Source: Octopus sinensis
Taxonomy: Eukaryota
NCBI RefSeq assembly: GCF_006345805.1
Contig: NC_042999.1
Coordinates: 111,910,001-111,974,000 of the forward strand
Length of the DNA stretch: 64,000 bases
Reading direction: 5' to 3'
A model generated the notes under the pieces. The model was given only the letters and a program-made list of their open reading frames with translations. It was not told where the DNA came from and made no database searches. The position numbers and the translations under genes are program-made. Positions 40,354 through 53,981 of this stretch are shown piece by piece; the first letter of the stretch is position 1; every line of letters begins with the position of its first letter.

Positions 40354-41149
40354 TATATATATATATATATATATACATACTGGGTTGTTAACTATTGTAA
40401 TAAAAAAACACACCAAATGTTACTGAGTAAATCAAACGAAGTATAATACACCAAACACTCAATAATGAAAACAATATATATATGTGAAATAGTAAACGTT
40501 CATTTGCGTTGATCTAGGTATCCCCTCTATGCTGATCGTATCTTCTCTGTGTATTCTCTCCAACTACTAAATATTGGTGATCCCAGAATCCATCTTGAGA
40601 TGCTCCATAGTCACAGTAAGTCACAGTCTTTTGTGTATACATCTTTGCAGTAATATTATATAAATACAAATACAGAGATGGTGACACAGTGTTGTTGAAT
40701 GTAACTTTCCCAAAATGCTCAGTTTAATTTCTCAATAGAAATCTCATAATATCGTGATTAATTCACCTCGTTTGATTTCTGCCGTGTGACCAACTGACTT
40801 ATCTACAAACATTCTTTAGTAAATCCGAAAATACAGCAAAAACTTGATATCCAACGAACTTCTTCACCTGAATTCTACACCACCTTTATTTCCACACCTG
40901 ACAGAAACCTAAAAATTAACAAGATTCCTGCATCAAACAGAAATAAGTCTCCTAAACATAACTTTCTCTCAACTCTCCCGGGACAATACACCTGCTATCC
41001 GCCTATACTTATCTATCTCCCATCTCTCTTCTTACTCTTCTCCGGTCTACCAACACTATACCTACCTATCTTTCATTTTGCCCCCACCTGCTCTCTACTA
41101 CAAAAATGTTGCCAATGACTATATAAACGAAGAAGAACCCAAGTAAAGC

Positions 41150-41327
41150 ACAGTCTGATGAAAGAGAGTAAAGCTGACACTTCGAATTCACAGTCAATTC
41201 TTCCTTGTAATATATGTATTGTATATATACATACATACATACATACATATATACACACATATATGTGTGCGTATTACAACGAAAAGTTAACAGTGACTTC
41301 GAAGTTTCGGCTTGCACTCTTTCATCA
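41150..41327. pseudogene. Inverted pair of defective hammerhead motifs (41150-41194 +, 41290-41327 -)
   Basis: Combined consensus ACAGU-CUGAUGA-AAGAGUGCAAGCC-GAAA-CUUCGAAG-UC/ACUGU. The plus copy has GACA for GAAA; the minus copy lacks C3 and the 5' strand of stem I. Confidence 0.55.
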
Positions 41328-41331
41328 TATA

Positions 41332-41544
41332 CGGGAGTTCTGTAGAGTTCCCGGCTTTGAGGGTATCGCCAAAGACCTGGTCAAGCCCAACCTTCCGAGT
41401 TCTTTTTACAGGGTTTAGAAAAGCTGAAGGACCGCTGCAGTAAGTGTGTGAATCTGAAAGGAGAATAAGTTGAATAAAATGATAATTAACTGATCCTCCT
41501 GTATTTTCTTTTACCCAAAGCCAGGAACTTTTCAGCACCCCCTC

Positions 41545-41545
<1 letters not shown>
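41332..41545 (+). mobile_element. Mariner-derived MITE retaining the transposase 3' end
   Basis: Degenerate TIRs cgggagttctgtagagttcccggcttt / aaagcccaggaacttttcagcaccccctca with TA flanks; internal FYRV*KS / KLKDRCSKCVNLKGE*VE* mariner C-terminus. Confidence 0.75.
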
Positions 41546-41575
<30 letters not shown>

Positions 41576-41605
41576 TGTATGTATGTATGTATGTATGTAT
41601 GATGC

Positions 41606-41658
<53 letters not shown>

Positions 41659-41871
41659 TATATGTATATATGTATGTATGTATGCATGTATGTATAAATA
41701 TATATATATATATATTATATATAATGTGAAATAGAAAGATGAATAATCTTGTAGTAGATTAATCAAAAGTTTAACCGATACCTTAGTAGCAAAAATCACA
41801 GCAGTAAACAGCACGGTTGGAGGTACAACCATCTGGCGTTGCAACCGTGCGTTGGTGCGGATAATTGAAAT

Positions 41872-42341
41872 TAAAACATTATTGGTGAATTGAAGAAATG
41901 GAGCTGAACGCAGATTGAACAGAAATCGTTTTATTTCATTCTACACGTGTTTCGAAAGGCACAAATTACCAAAATCCGATTGAATAATGGGACCATATTG
42001 TGTCTTTCTCTTCAGAAGAAAAAAGGAAATCCGTTGGAAAAACAAAAACAGAACAGAGGCGGAGCAAAAAACAAATCGAACTGTGCTCCTAAGAGCCCAT
42101 GGCGAAACTCGCCATGGGCTCTTAGGAGCACAGTTCGATTTGTTTTTTGCTCCGCCTATGTTCTGTTTTTGTTTTTCCAACGGATTTCCTTTTTTCTTCT
42201 GAAGAGAAAGACACAATATGTCCCATTATTCAATCGGATTTTGGTAATTTGTGCCTTTCGAAACACGTGTAGAATGAAATAAAACGATTTCTGTTCAATC
42301 TGCGTTCAGCTCCATTTCTTCAATTCACCAATAATGTTTTA
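41872..42341. repeat. Near-perfect 233-bp-arm palindrome (loop AAC at 42106-08)
   Basis: The arms differ by one visible substitution and one 1-bp indel. Confidence 0.95.
42193..42279 (+). ncRNA. Type I hammerhead motif in the right palindrome arm (mirror copy 41934-42021, minus)
   Basis: CUGAAGA-GAAAGaCACAA...UUGUGcCUUUC-GAAAC(ACGU)GUA/GAAUGAAA: intact core, 11-bp stem II with one mismatch, palindromic tetraloop, weak or bulged stem I. Confidence 0.65.
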
Positions 42342-42342
42342 T

Positions 42343-42373
<31 letters not shown>

Positions 42374-42689
42374 TATAATCAATAATAATAAAGGGTAAAA
42401 TTAATTAACTAATTAATAATTGATAATTTTACCAGGTAGTTCGGTATGTTAAAAGAACCATTATCGGTAAACTTATACAAAAATTCTATAATTATGAGTA
42501 TTATTATAATTAGGGTTCAGCAAAATTAGCTGCACCACATACCGAAATTTAGAAATAGCAGTTAAAACTACTATTTTACTACCATAAGATATCTCCCATA
42601 CAGCAATACTCAACAACTCACGCAGGTAAAGAGAAGAAAAATAACGAATCCACCCTTTCATTTTCCAGTTGTTCATCTTTGTTCTCCAT

Positions 42690-43190
42690 CTTGTTTCTTA
42701 AATGCTTTTGAGTGTGTCACATTTTCACTAGGTATCATGTTGATACTTTTAACAGCAAAAGGTCATTTGACGTTCCATCCTAGATTGTTTTCCTCATTGG
42801 CAACACAAATCTTGCATCCTATGAGACCTCTTACTCCCTTCTGTCTAGCATAAACAGTCTATCGGCATTGCTTTTAGAGTGCAGTTCTTTGTTCATTGTC
42901 TTCACTTCCCTGGTTTTACTATCCATTCCTTGAAGCTCGTTCTTTGTCTAGCACCTGCCATGTATTCATTTCCCTGATCTTGTTCTTTCTACTGTGTCTA
43001 CTCTCCATAATTTGGTTCTCCTGGGCTATTCTCGCCTAAAGATTTCCTTCATCTTACACTCCTTAATTTTGTCATAACCAACATACCCAAATTCTTATAT
43101 CCATCTACCTCAACATCCTTAATTCTTTTGCCGTTGGACAATCCTATACCACCAGATGGCAATATTTCACCTTTTTTATGATAAGCATAC
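42690..43190 (-). pseudogene. R4/Dong-like non-LTR retrotransposon RT C-terminal fragment
   Basis: GIGLSNGKRIKDVEVDGYKNLGM; across frameshifts DKIKECKMKEIF, LQGMDSKTREVKTMNKELHSKSNADRL, VRGLIGCKICVANEENNLGW. Confidence 0.75.
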
Positions 43191-43606
43191 CAGACCATCG
43201 TCATCATCATTATTAAATATAATAGTTTCCAGTAGTGATTAGAAGAAGGGTACATTTCATAAAATAACATATAAACTTCCAAATGTTATTTCTTTGTATC
43301 GTTTTGTTAGTCTAGAAAAAAGTTGCACCAGATTACTTTAAGCTGGTCATAGGAACTGCGATGGTGGAATTATATAAGAAGGTTAATGTTTGAACTTGCT
43401 TGACATGTAATTTTATGTTAGAAGGAAAGCTTATAAGAGACAGTAGAATTTACAGGGAAATGAGGCTCTCGAAGAGAAATATTGATCTAAGGATGTGAGA
43501 TATTCATAGGTGAATGTAGGTGTTCAAGAAATATAGGAAGAGAATAATTTGAGTTCGAGAGAATGTATGTTTGAGAGAATGTTGCAAAGAGCAAGCACTA
43601 GTAATA

Positions 43607-43821
43607 TTGGTTTACGAAATTTGGCACAAGGCCAGCAATTTGAGGAGGAATTGAGTTGATTACATTAACCCTAGTGTTCAATTGGTACTTATTTTATGGA
43701 CTTAGGAAGTATGAAAGGAAAAGTCGACCTCGGCGGTATTTGAACTCAGAACGTAAAGACGGACGAAATGCCGCCAAGCATTTTGCCTGGCATGCTAACG
43801 ATTCTGCCAGCTCACTGCCTT
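43607..43821 (-). mobile_element. SINE family A, tail type 2
   Basis: aaatttggcacaaggccagcaattt...gaaaggaaaagtcgacctcggcgg.atttgaactcagaacg...ctgccagctcactgcct. Confidence 0.8.
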
Positions 43822-44718
43822 CAAGCTCTAATATTAGACCATATCTAATTAGCGAACTACCGAGCTTTATTAGTGGACGATAAATAGGGATAATGGATAG
43901 TTGATATTGTTATTGGTTGTATTGTTGTGTGTGTGTCGCTGCTCGTGCTGCTGCCGTTACTCTTGTTATTGCTTTTGAAGCTGCTGTTTAGCCCCAGGCC
44001 AAACCTGTTGATTGTCAGTCAAATGAATGGATGTAGTCCATTGTTCTATGATAATGTTGTAGTGGTTGTTGCCGTTACTGCAAAAGTATTTGTTGTGCTG
44101 TTGAGTAGCCTAAGTAAATTACATCTGGAATAGATCTACAACACAGAAGTAGTTAACCAAACGAAGTATTCATTTAGCATTTCGAAGTTTATGCCTTAAA
44201 ACACATAGTCTTCATTTAGGAAAGGAATTTGCTGCAAGAGATTTCACTGTTTTATTAAGCAGGTTAAGTAAATACATAGAAGTACCTTTGCTGCTGGCTC
44301 GAGAAGTTTCCTCAAATCAGGTGATTGGGGGTTCGTCTATCAGATGGATAATGTTTATTCACTTTTATTTCTTTTCTTTTTGAAAATAAGTTCCCATTTG
44401 GAATGGCGTATTTCTTTATTGTGTACTGAATATATTGGTGCCTTTCCTAATTATCACATTTGTTGTGTTATTAATATGATGGCAAGACTTCTGTAAGACA
44501 TCATATTTGGTAATTGGAAAGATTGTTTTACTGTATATGAAACTGATTCTAAATGATTTACTGAAAGAGATTGAAGTTCCTATTATATTTCTGATAGAAA
44601 ATGCTTAGAAACGAGAAGAGGTATATGGTTTTATGTTTCGTTTAACAAATGGATGAAGATACACATATATAAATTTTAGTATACACAGACACACACACAC
44701 TCACACACACACGTACAT

Positions 44719-44766
<48 letters not shown>

Positions 44767-44770
<4 letters not shown>

Positions 44771-45627
44771 TATAATTAAGGGCTAAAGAGGGTCTTCTAA
44801 AGCCAAATACACTGTTTTATCCACTTATAATCCGCTTGTTACAGGAAAATTGAAACTGAAAACGGGCAACTAACCTTTAGAAAATTTAAATTTCGTTATC
44901 TCTATATTGAATCAATTTCGGACTTAATCTTATCAAAAAAGATATATTCCTTCTTCAGTAGAACTTTCGATGGGATATAAATAAAATACTCACGTATGAT
45001 CATGGAAAAAGCACAAGCTAAAAACATAACTACACGTGAGTACATCACTTATATAAAAATAAAAATTCTTTGTCAGCCTCAGAAAACACGTCCAGACCTT
45101 TCGCCGCTACAAATTGTAATGGTTACCATTCCTCCTGTAGCAAGCATCGAGTTTACTACTAAGCAATATAGGATGAAGTCCCTTACTCTACAGCAAAGGA
45201 ATTCATCAGGAAGCGTGGGCAGTATATTAAAAAAAAAACCGTTACGGTTGCAATATACATCATATAATTAAGGGCTAAAGAGGGTTATTCTAAGCCAAAT
45301 ACACTGTTTTATCCACTTATAATCCGCTTGTTACAGGAAAATTGAAACTGAAAACGGGCAACTAACCTTAGAAAATTTAAATTTCGTTATCTCTATATTG
45401 AATCAATTTCGGACTTAATCTTATAAAAAAGATATATTCCTTCTTCAGTAGAACTTTCGATGGGATATAAATAAAATACTCACGTATGATCATGGAAAAA
45501 GCACAAGCTAAAAACATAACTACACACTGTGAGTACATCACTTATATCTAAAAATAAAAATTCTTTGGTCAGCCTCAGAAAACCAACGTCCAGACCTTTC
45601 GCCGCTACAAATTGTAATGTTACCAGT
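44767..45627. repeat. About 360-bp direct duplication (44767-45128 / 45260-45627)
   Basis: The copies differ mainly by 1-3 bp indels. Confidence 0.95.
44900..44963 (-). ncRNA. Type I hammerhead ribozyme with intact core (second copy 45391-45453, minus)
   Basis: UUCUA-CUGAAGA-A-GGA(...)UCC-GAAA-UUG(AUU)CAA-UA/UAGAG: stem I 5 bp, stem II 3 bp, stem III 4 bp, AUA cleavage triplet. Confidence 0.75.
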
Positions 45628-46444
45628 CATATATATATATATATCTAATATATATATATATATTATATATATATATATTATATACATATATGTACGTGTA
45701 TATACACAGACATATATGTCGGTATATATACTTACAGACACACAGATAAACATATATAAATATTATGTGAGTGTGTATTTCCTCTTTACCGTACCTCTCT
45801 CTCCTTATTTTTTTCTTATTTCTTCCACTCCCATCTCTCTCTGCTTACTTTATTTACCTTTGTCCACTAGTCCCTTTCTCTCTCTTTCCCCCTAACTATC
45901 TTGCCACATTTATAACCATCCTCCTCCCCCCCCCCATTCAAACTTTTTTTTATACCTACCTTTATCTTTCTCATTCCCTTCCTCTTCTTGCATTTCTAGA
46001 ATACCCTATCCAAATATTTCCTTCAATCCTAATTAAAACGATATTTACACAAAGTTTAAGTACAGAACCGATGCACAGACGCTCTTATACCAGAGCCCAC
46101 ACCTTCGATTCGAAGACAACGCTGCAGTTATGTAAAATTTCAGTTTAAGTGTAGAATCCTGAATATTGATCCTTACTCAACAATTTCTCATATTTTCAAC
46201 AAAAAAAAAACAAAAAAACCCGCAATTTTAATATCAAGAAACTTTTTTTCTAATATTTCTTGTCTTCTTTCTTCTAATGATTTTGTTTTCTGCATATATT
46301 TTTTGATACGCTGTTTATTTAATTTTTTTATTAACGATAATAGATAGCTGTATTATTTTTCTTAAGTATAAATAAATGTATATATGTATGGAGGTATGTG
46401 AGTATATATGCTGAATTATGTGCGAGTGTGTGTATATATATACG

Positions 46445-46482
<38 letters not shown>

Positions 46483-46857
46483 GTGTGTATATGTATGTGT
46501 ATGTATATACACATATAACTGTATAAGATATATATATATATATATATGCATCATGCATATATATGTACGATATATATATATATCGTACATATATATGCAT
46601 GATGCACACACACTCATATATATATAAATAGAAAAATATATATGGTGATTATGTGTGTATGTGTGTGTATGCGTGTGCATGTGCGTGTATGTTGTGTGTG
46701 TCTTGATAGATACATAGATAACTGACAGTTCAAGTTTATAATAATAATTGATAGATGGGGGGATTTGTCTTATGATGGCAATCTTTAACATTTCTTTTAA
46801 ATCCCTAACTGCAAAGAGCATCAACAACAAACAATAATATATATACACACACACACA

Positions 46858-46911
<54 letters not shown>

Positions 46912-46976
46912 CTATATATATATATATATATTCATATATATATTTATATACATATATATATATATATATTATATAT

Positions 46977-47021
<45 letters not shown>

Positions 47022-47185
47022 CAAGGTACAGCAACAACAGCAACAGAAACCCCACCACCCCCCCGCTCCACCACCATCACTAGTAACATCATCATTTAGA
47101 ACATCTGCAAAAGCTGCTTCATAACCAATAACCGCCAACATAAGTATAACATCAGCAAAAAACAGAACTGGGAGAATACTTTAAA

Positions 47186-47216
<31 letters not shown>

Positions 47217-47604
47217 GAAATATCGTCACCACATCCAGTAGCGATGGCAGTGGCAGCAGAAGCGGCGGCTGCAGCAACAACAGCAAAAATAACAACATCA
47301 AAAATTTTGGTAGCTTCAAAAATGATCAAATTAAAATTTGCTGTTCATCTCAAAGTAGAGCAACTCATTGAAGGAAATCTAAGGAATTCAGCAGAGATTT
47401 GAAGCTGTGGACTTGTCACAATGTTTTGGTAAATTAGCATTGGGAGAGATAAGAAAAATTGATGTTATATGTACTTATATTTATACATATGCGTGCGTAT
47501 GTGTTCATATACATATGTTTTATAGATATACGTACATATATATCTGTGTGTGTGTATGTATATATCTATTATATATATATATTATATATATGTATACAAT
47601 ATAG

Positions 47605-47679
<75 letters not shown>

Positions 47680-48295
47680 AATATAGACAATTTTTTGTTG
47701 TGTATGATTATAGATGTGTTTTACATATATATGAGTGTGTATGCGAATGCTTCTGTATCATGTATATGTGTATGCATCCGTGTATATGCATACACATACA
47801 CACAAACACATATATACATATGTGGACATATGCATATATGAATGCGCGCGTGTGTGTGTGTGTGTGTGTGTGTAGATCGTCCATCATTTTTATCTCACGA
47901 TGACCTACTGCCTTAGCAAAATATATGAAAATAATTATAAAAGATAAATAGATAAGATGAAGTAGAAAGACGGAAGATATGGATGAGTATTGCTCATTTG
48001 TGTGTTCTGCCATGACATAAAAGTCCCCTTCTAGTAGAGAATATGTTACAAATTTCTTAAGGATGTTCCTTTATACCTGGTATGATATGGCAGCACGTTC
48101 GAGCTTCCTTTTTGGTCTCTGCTATAGAGATTCGTAAAGATTCAAATGTCAAACGCCTTTATATTCCTTCTGTCATTTCTACAGATGAGTGAACTGGAGC
48201 AACGTGAAGTAAAGTGACCTACTGAAGAACACAACTCAGAGCCCAGTCCGAGAATCAAACCATTGAACCATAGAAGTTGAGCAATTAATACATAT

Positions 48296-48455
48296 ATATA
48301 ATAATGTATAAGATTTTATACACGGAGAGAAAGCCACTGTGTATTTTTACATGCTAGAATGGGTAGTCAAGACTATAATACGTACCTTTCTAGCATGTAA
48401 GAAACCCACATAGTGGAATTCTCTCTGTGTATAAAATCTTATACATTATTATATA
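48296..48455. mobile_element. About 160-bp hairpin MITE-like element
   Basis: ataatgtataagattttatacac.gagaga...ttacatgctagaa is mirrored by ttctagcatgtaa...tctctctgtgtataaaatcttatacattat, in a TA-rich context. Confidence 0.75.
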
Positions 48456-48635
48456 GATCTGTTGATTCTACCTTAACGGAAGAGTAAACTATATGTATAT
48501 GCATGCATGTTGTATGCAAATATATATGTGTGTGTATACATAATTATGTACATGCATGTGTATATGTATGTATATACATGCATATGAAAATATGTAGAAG
48601 ACTGCTTAACTACGAAAAGTGACAGACATACATAC

Positions 48636-48754
<119 letters not shown>

Positions 48755-49020
48755 CACATCTCTTAGAATGACAAAACCTGAACGCATTGATTACTAAGGC
48801 TGGCAAACGGAACTGATTGAGAGAAATAGAAAGGTACAAATGTTAAAGATTAACAGACGACAGAATGAGAAAGTCTGGCACACGACACACTCACACATAC
48901 TCACATACACTTATTCACGCACATATTCATTAACTTGAAGATGAAGCTTTACTCTATAACGATTTCTCTTTCCTTTATTTATTCCAAAGCATATATATAC
49001 ATATATATATGTATATATAT

Positions 49021-49121
<101 letters not shown>

Positions 49122-49620
49122 CAGCATACATATAAATCTTGAGAGAAAAGGAAGAAACAGACAGTTATATAGAAGACAGAGTTATAGAGATACTAAGACA
49201 AAGGAAAAAATATATAAAAAGGAAGAGAGAGAATGAAAGAGGGCAATGGGAGGAGAGCGAAAGCGAGATGATTGTAGAAAGAAATGAAATCACCAAAATG
49301 CTATAAAGCATACCAAGAATTAAAGAAAAAGACACAACTAGATTTAAATCATACAATCTGAAATGAGTAGAAAAACTAAAACAGTAAGACAGAGAGAGAT
49401 ATTGGAGGATAATTTGAAGGAAATATTCCTGGCATCATAATTGGAAGTTAAGTGTATTCAATGGATTAAAGAACATAAGCGAGGGACATTGCTTAATCTA
49501 GAAACAGACGTTATTAACAACGTCAACAACATCAACAACGACGACGACGGCGGTAGCGACGACGACGACGACGAAGACGACGATGAAGACGACTGCGGCG
49601 GCGGTGGCGGTGGCGGTGGT

Positions 49621-49883
49621 GGTGGTGGTGGTAGTGGTACTGCTGCTGGTGGCTGTAGTGTTGGTGATTTTTGAGATGGTGATTATGATAATAACAGTAT
49701 AGTAGTGGTTGTGTTTCTGATAATGTGGATATAAGAGCTGGTGGAAAGGGTGGTGGTGGTGGTAGTGGTACTGCTGCTGGTGGCTGTAGTGTTGGTGATT
49801 TTTGAGATGGTGATTATGATAATAACAGTATAGTAGTGGTTGTGTTTCTGATAATGTGGATATAAGAGCTGGTGGAAAGGGTG
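49621..49883. repeat. Essentially perfect 131-bp tandem duplication next to a (GAC/GGC/GGT)n block
   Basis: gtagtggtactgctgctgg starts at 49631 and at 49762. Confidence 0.95.
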
Positions 49884-50069
49884 GTGTGGTGGTAGTAGTG
49901 ATGGCTGTAGTGGAGGTTGTTATGCTACCAGTGATAATGTCAAAATGAATAATATTTAAAACAAATGCAAATAATTTATCTTGAAACTTTCTTTTTTTAC
50001 TTTTTTATACGTATTTGGAAAAAGAATTCACTGAAGATATCAATACTTACTACATTAACAGAACTTAAA

Positions 50070-50660
50070 TCTGCTGTATGGAAGTCCAGCAAGTTCACAA
50101 AAGGAATGAAAAGGAGTGACATTGATATCAGTAAAATTAATTGTATGGAAGTCCAGAAAGTTTACAGAATGACATCATTATCTGCTGCACTTGTATCAGT
50201 CAAAGCAATTGTATGGAAGTCCGGACTGTGCATAGAAAGTTCAGAAAATGACAACAATATCAGTGACACTTATATCAGTTAAATCAATTTTATGGAAGTG
50301 TAGAAACTTCACAAAAATGGCGACATAGCTGTTGCACTTATTTTAGTTAATTGCCGTTGCAAGTGTATGGAAGTCCAGAAAGTTCATAAAATGTATTAGC
50401 AGGAACAGCAATTGTATTAGTAGAAGCAATTGTATGGAAGACGGAAATGTTTACAGGATGTATCAAATAGATAATACAATCAGTCAAATCAACTGTATAG
50501 AGGTCTAGAAAATTTATGAAACGATATCAGTAATTGCTATACTTGTATAAACTTAAAGTATTTGTATGAAAGCCCATAAATTTACAAAATTTAAAACTTA
50601 TCGAATGGAACACTTGTATGGAAGTCCATAAAGTACACAGTAGGATACCAACAGCTGCTA
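50070..50660. repeat. Degenerate minisatellite, about 9 units of 52-80 bp with conserved core TGTATGGAAGTCCAGAAAGTT
   Basis: The core recurs near 50075, 50142, 50211, 50290, 50365, 50431, 50494, 50563 and 50615. Confidence 0.85.
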
Positions 50661-53600
50661 CACCTGCATGACTTGTTGTAACAATATGAAAATAACAAGA
50701 ACTCTAACAACTATTTGGAATTGTTAGCATGCATTCACCATTCTCTCATTAAAAAACCCTCACTCGGCCCTTGCTTGCCTTTAGCCTCTGAGACCACTTT
50801 AAAGTGAATAGTTAGGGGAAGTTTCCGGTTAATCCTTCTTCCTATTAGCCCTGAGAAAACCCAGCAAACTTTTGGTTAAATATTCCTTGTTCTAAGTCAT
50901 GCAAAAGAATATTAAAAACATTATTTTATAAAGGATTCTCGATGCTTTCGCTCTACTTGCTAAAAAATAGTAACCAAACCTTTGTGTCATAGAAAAGGAA
51001 CGAATACGTTAGTTAAGGTGGTCTTGCACATGAGAAAAATACAAGACAATTATGGCTAGAATATCATTGGTCATTGGGATTAAACAGCAAATCTTTACTT
51101 ACGTTAACCACGATTTTTTTTTAAAGTAGGATGTATCTAACTTTGTATTATCTATTGTGTCTTTCCTTTCCTTAAATCAGTAGAGTGAAATTTGACTGCC
51201 ATGTTCAGCCCAACGAGAAACCACGTGTTTGAGTGTGCGTATGAGTGATGCGTGTTGTGGGGTTGCATGTGTACATGAGTGTTCATGATGAAGTAATATA
51301 TATTTTGACATTATTAAAACTTAAAAGAAAAATAGTAAGTCCAAATTTAGTTGTATTTAGCTGATTTTCATTGGTTATTGATTAGTATAAGCTAACAGCA
51401 ATGATTGTCACTGTTGTTTTTATTCCAAATTCAAGCTCGGTGTTGAAGGAGCAGACCAGAATAGCATTCCAGCAACCACTATTTCCTCTTTATTCAGGCA
51501 AGCTGTATCTAGGACTACAACAGACAATGCATTTTTCTACGATTTTAAGATGGTAAGTGAACCTTGAGGTGGAATTTGGCTGCTATTTATGAAAGGTCAA
51601 ATGATAACAGACACAACTTCATTAGTTCGATGCATTGATGATCGGTGGAGAATGCGAATAAATTTGGAAACAGTCGTCTTCATTGTTTTGTAGCAACCGA
51701 ATCTCTCTAAGCAATTTCTCTACAGGCATTGAAACCAGCAATGACACCGACCAAATCCGTTCTAAATATTCTTTCTTATATTTAAACTGATCAGATTCAG
51801 CATCACACACCTACATATAGTGTCATTCTAAAAGTAAACAACCATATCATCGAAATTTTGAACTTACGAGATAATGCGTGATTAATTCAAAACATTAATG
51901 CTGAATGGTTAAAGATGGAGAGCATATATTTTGTGATACGTATTTAAGCTATCAGGCATTAACAACAGATGTGGTTATAGTTTTGTGGAGTAAACACATG
52001 ATTTGTGAGGTTAGATTTCTCTGTGATTGATTTGTTCAAACATAAAAGGTGAAATTATTTAACCATGAGAAACATTTACATCTGTCTTATGTATTTAGTA
52101 AATTTATGTAATTTATGAAATTAGTGACGATGAAAATCTTTTAGTATACTCTTTACTAAACTTCAGTATGGAAAATAAACGCTGATGACTGTTCAGTAAT
52201 TTACATAACAGAACTAACAGCTAAAAATGTATCAAACACACAAATCAGTCTACCTGATTTAATTGTAAATGTAACGACAGTAGCTAGTATAAACACAGTT
52301 TTGCTGTGCAAGTAAAATGTAGAGTAACCAACCGTTGATAAAACTATAGAAATAACTGAAGCATCGTCGTCCAATCGATCCCTCAATTAATGTCAACGGT
52401 GAGATTGTATAAGCATGACAGACACTTATGCCTGCCTTATTACCTAGTGAGTCTATTCAATTCATAAAAGAAGTGATTTCAAGAACTTTTTGGTATACTT
52501 CATAATTAACTTCAATATATTTCTTTTCTGCCCCACTAAATTATTCATTTATATTTATCGTTTAGATGGGTTATTATTTTAAATCTAAGCATTATATAGT
52601 CCAGGGGTTCGGGGTATTTGAACTAACGAAGAGAACTACGAGCTCAACAACGTTTAGGGATGAAAATACACTTCGACGTTTATTATCTTTATCTTCTATC
52701 ATAAACTTCGTTATGTGTTTATATATACTCTAGAAGCATGAATAATCTACGATTATTGAAAGAAGTGAAGGTCAAAGTTATACGACTGGAAACAGATACT
52801 TTACGAAAAATGTAATAAAAGGTTTGCTTAATTAAGCACGAAACTGTATATAGCGTAAAAATTACCAATGATGTGTCATTCCAGCTATGTACACAAAACA
52901 AATCTCAATGAAGGATCATCTAAGCTATGTTAAATAATATATGATGCGCTGTACAATATATAAGTGCAATGTTTGAAATGAAATGTGTATTATATTGTTT
53001 ATAGTAAGTATATATATTTAGTACATGAAACTCATATATATATTAACCCTAAGAAATATATGCAGCAAAAGTATATCAAAATTTGTATATTGTGTTGTAT
53101 GTACACGCACACACACACACACGCAGATGCGTATGTCAGTGTTTGTGTTTAATTCTTTGTGACAGCACAACCATTTAAAATAAAAAACATTGTGTCTATA
53201 AAGTAGCTTAGTCTTTCCCTCAAACATAAAATATAATAAATGCGCCATTTTCAGAGCCCAGCCAGGCTCATGGGGCCCGGTTTCTTTGACGTATGTATTC
53301 CCCAGCTGGACAGGACGCCAGTCCACCGCAGCGTTACTCACTTTTGCCAGCTGAGTGGACTGGAGCAACGTGAAATGAAGTGTTTTGCTCAAGAACACAA
53401 TGCGTCGCCCGGTCCAGGAATCGAAACCACAATCTTACGATCATGATGCTGAAACCCTAACCACTAAGCCACGCACCTCCACTTTCCTTCAAACATACAT
53501 TAATAAAATCAGTACTAGGCTGAAATAATTACTAGAATTGATATGAACGACTAAAAAGCTTTGAAGTCGGCACCACACCATGGGAATAAGAAAATGCTAC

Positions 53601-53775
53601 AAAGTTGCTAATAAATATCTGATGTAAACTTCACTTCTAAGTATCAAATTCATGAAAGGCACCGTATTTTCTGGCGTATGACAGGTACCCTAGCATAAGG
53701 TGTACCCCTATTTTACAAGTATATTTTATGGAAAAAAATTAGCATGTTTTATCATGCGCTTATTGAAGTATATGT

Positions 53776-53937
53776 AGGCGTAGGAGTGGCTGTGTGGTAA
53801 TTAGCTTCCTTACCAACCACATGGTCCTGGGTTCAGTCCCACTGCGTGGCACCTTCGGCAAGTGTCTTCTATTATAGCCTCGGGCCGACTTGGTGGATTT
53901 GGTAGGCGGAAACTGAAAGAAGCCCGTCGTATATATG

Positions 53938-53981
<44 letters not shown>

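Noticed and set aside
50070-50660. CRISPR array interpretation of the repeat-spacer-like region
   Set aside because: Eukaryotic context, no cas genes, degenerate repeats, and the spacers are homologous to each other.
51622-51810. 62-aa protein-like ORF (ESDQFKYKKEYLERIW...)
   Set aside because: No family recognised and the length is within chance expectation; needs BLAST or RNA-seq.
52201-52386. Hydrophobic ORF with VLSTVGYS, resembling a K+ channel pore (TVGYGD)
   Set aside because: The selectivity filter GYG is absent, no flanking homology is recognisable, and there is no clear exon context; likely chance.
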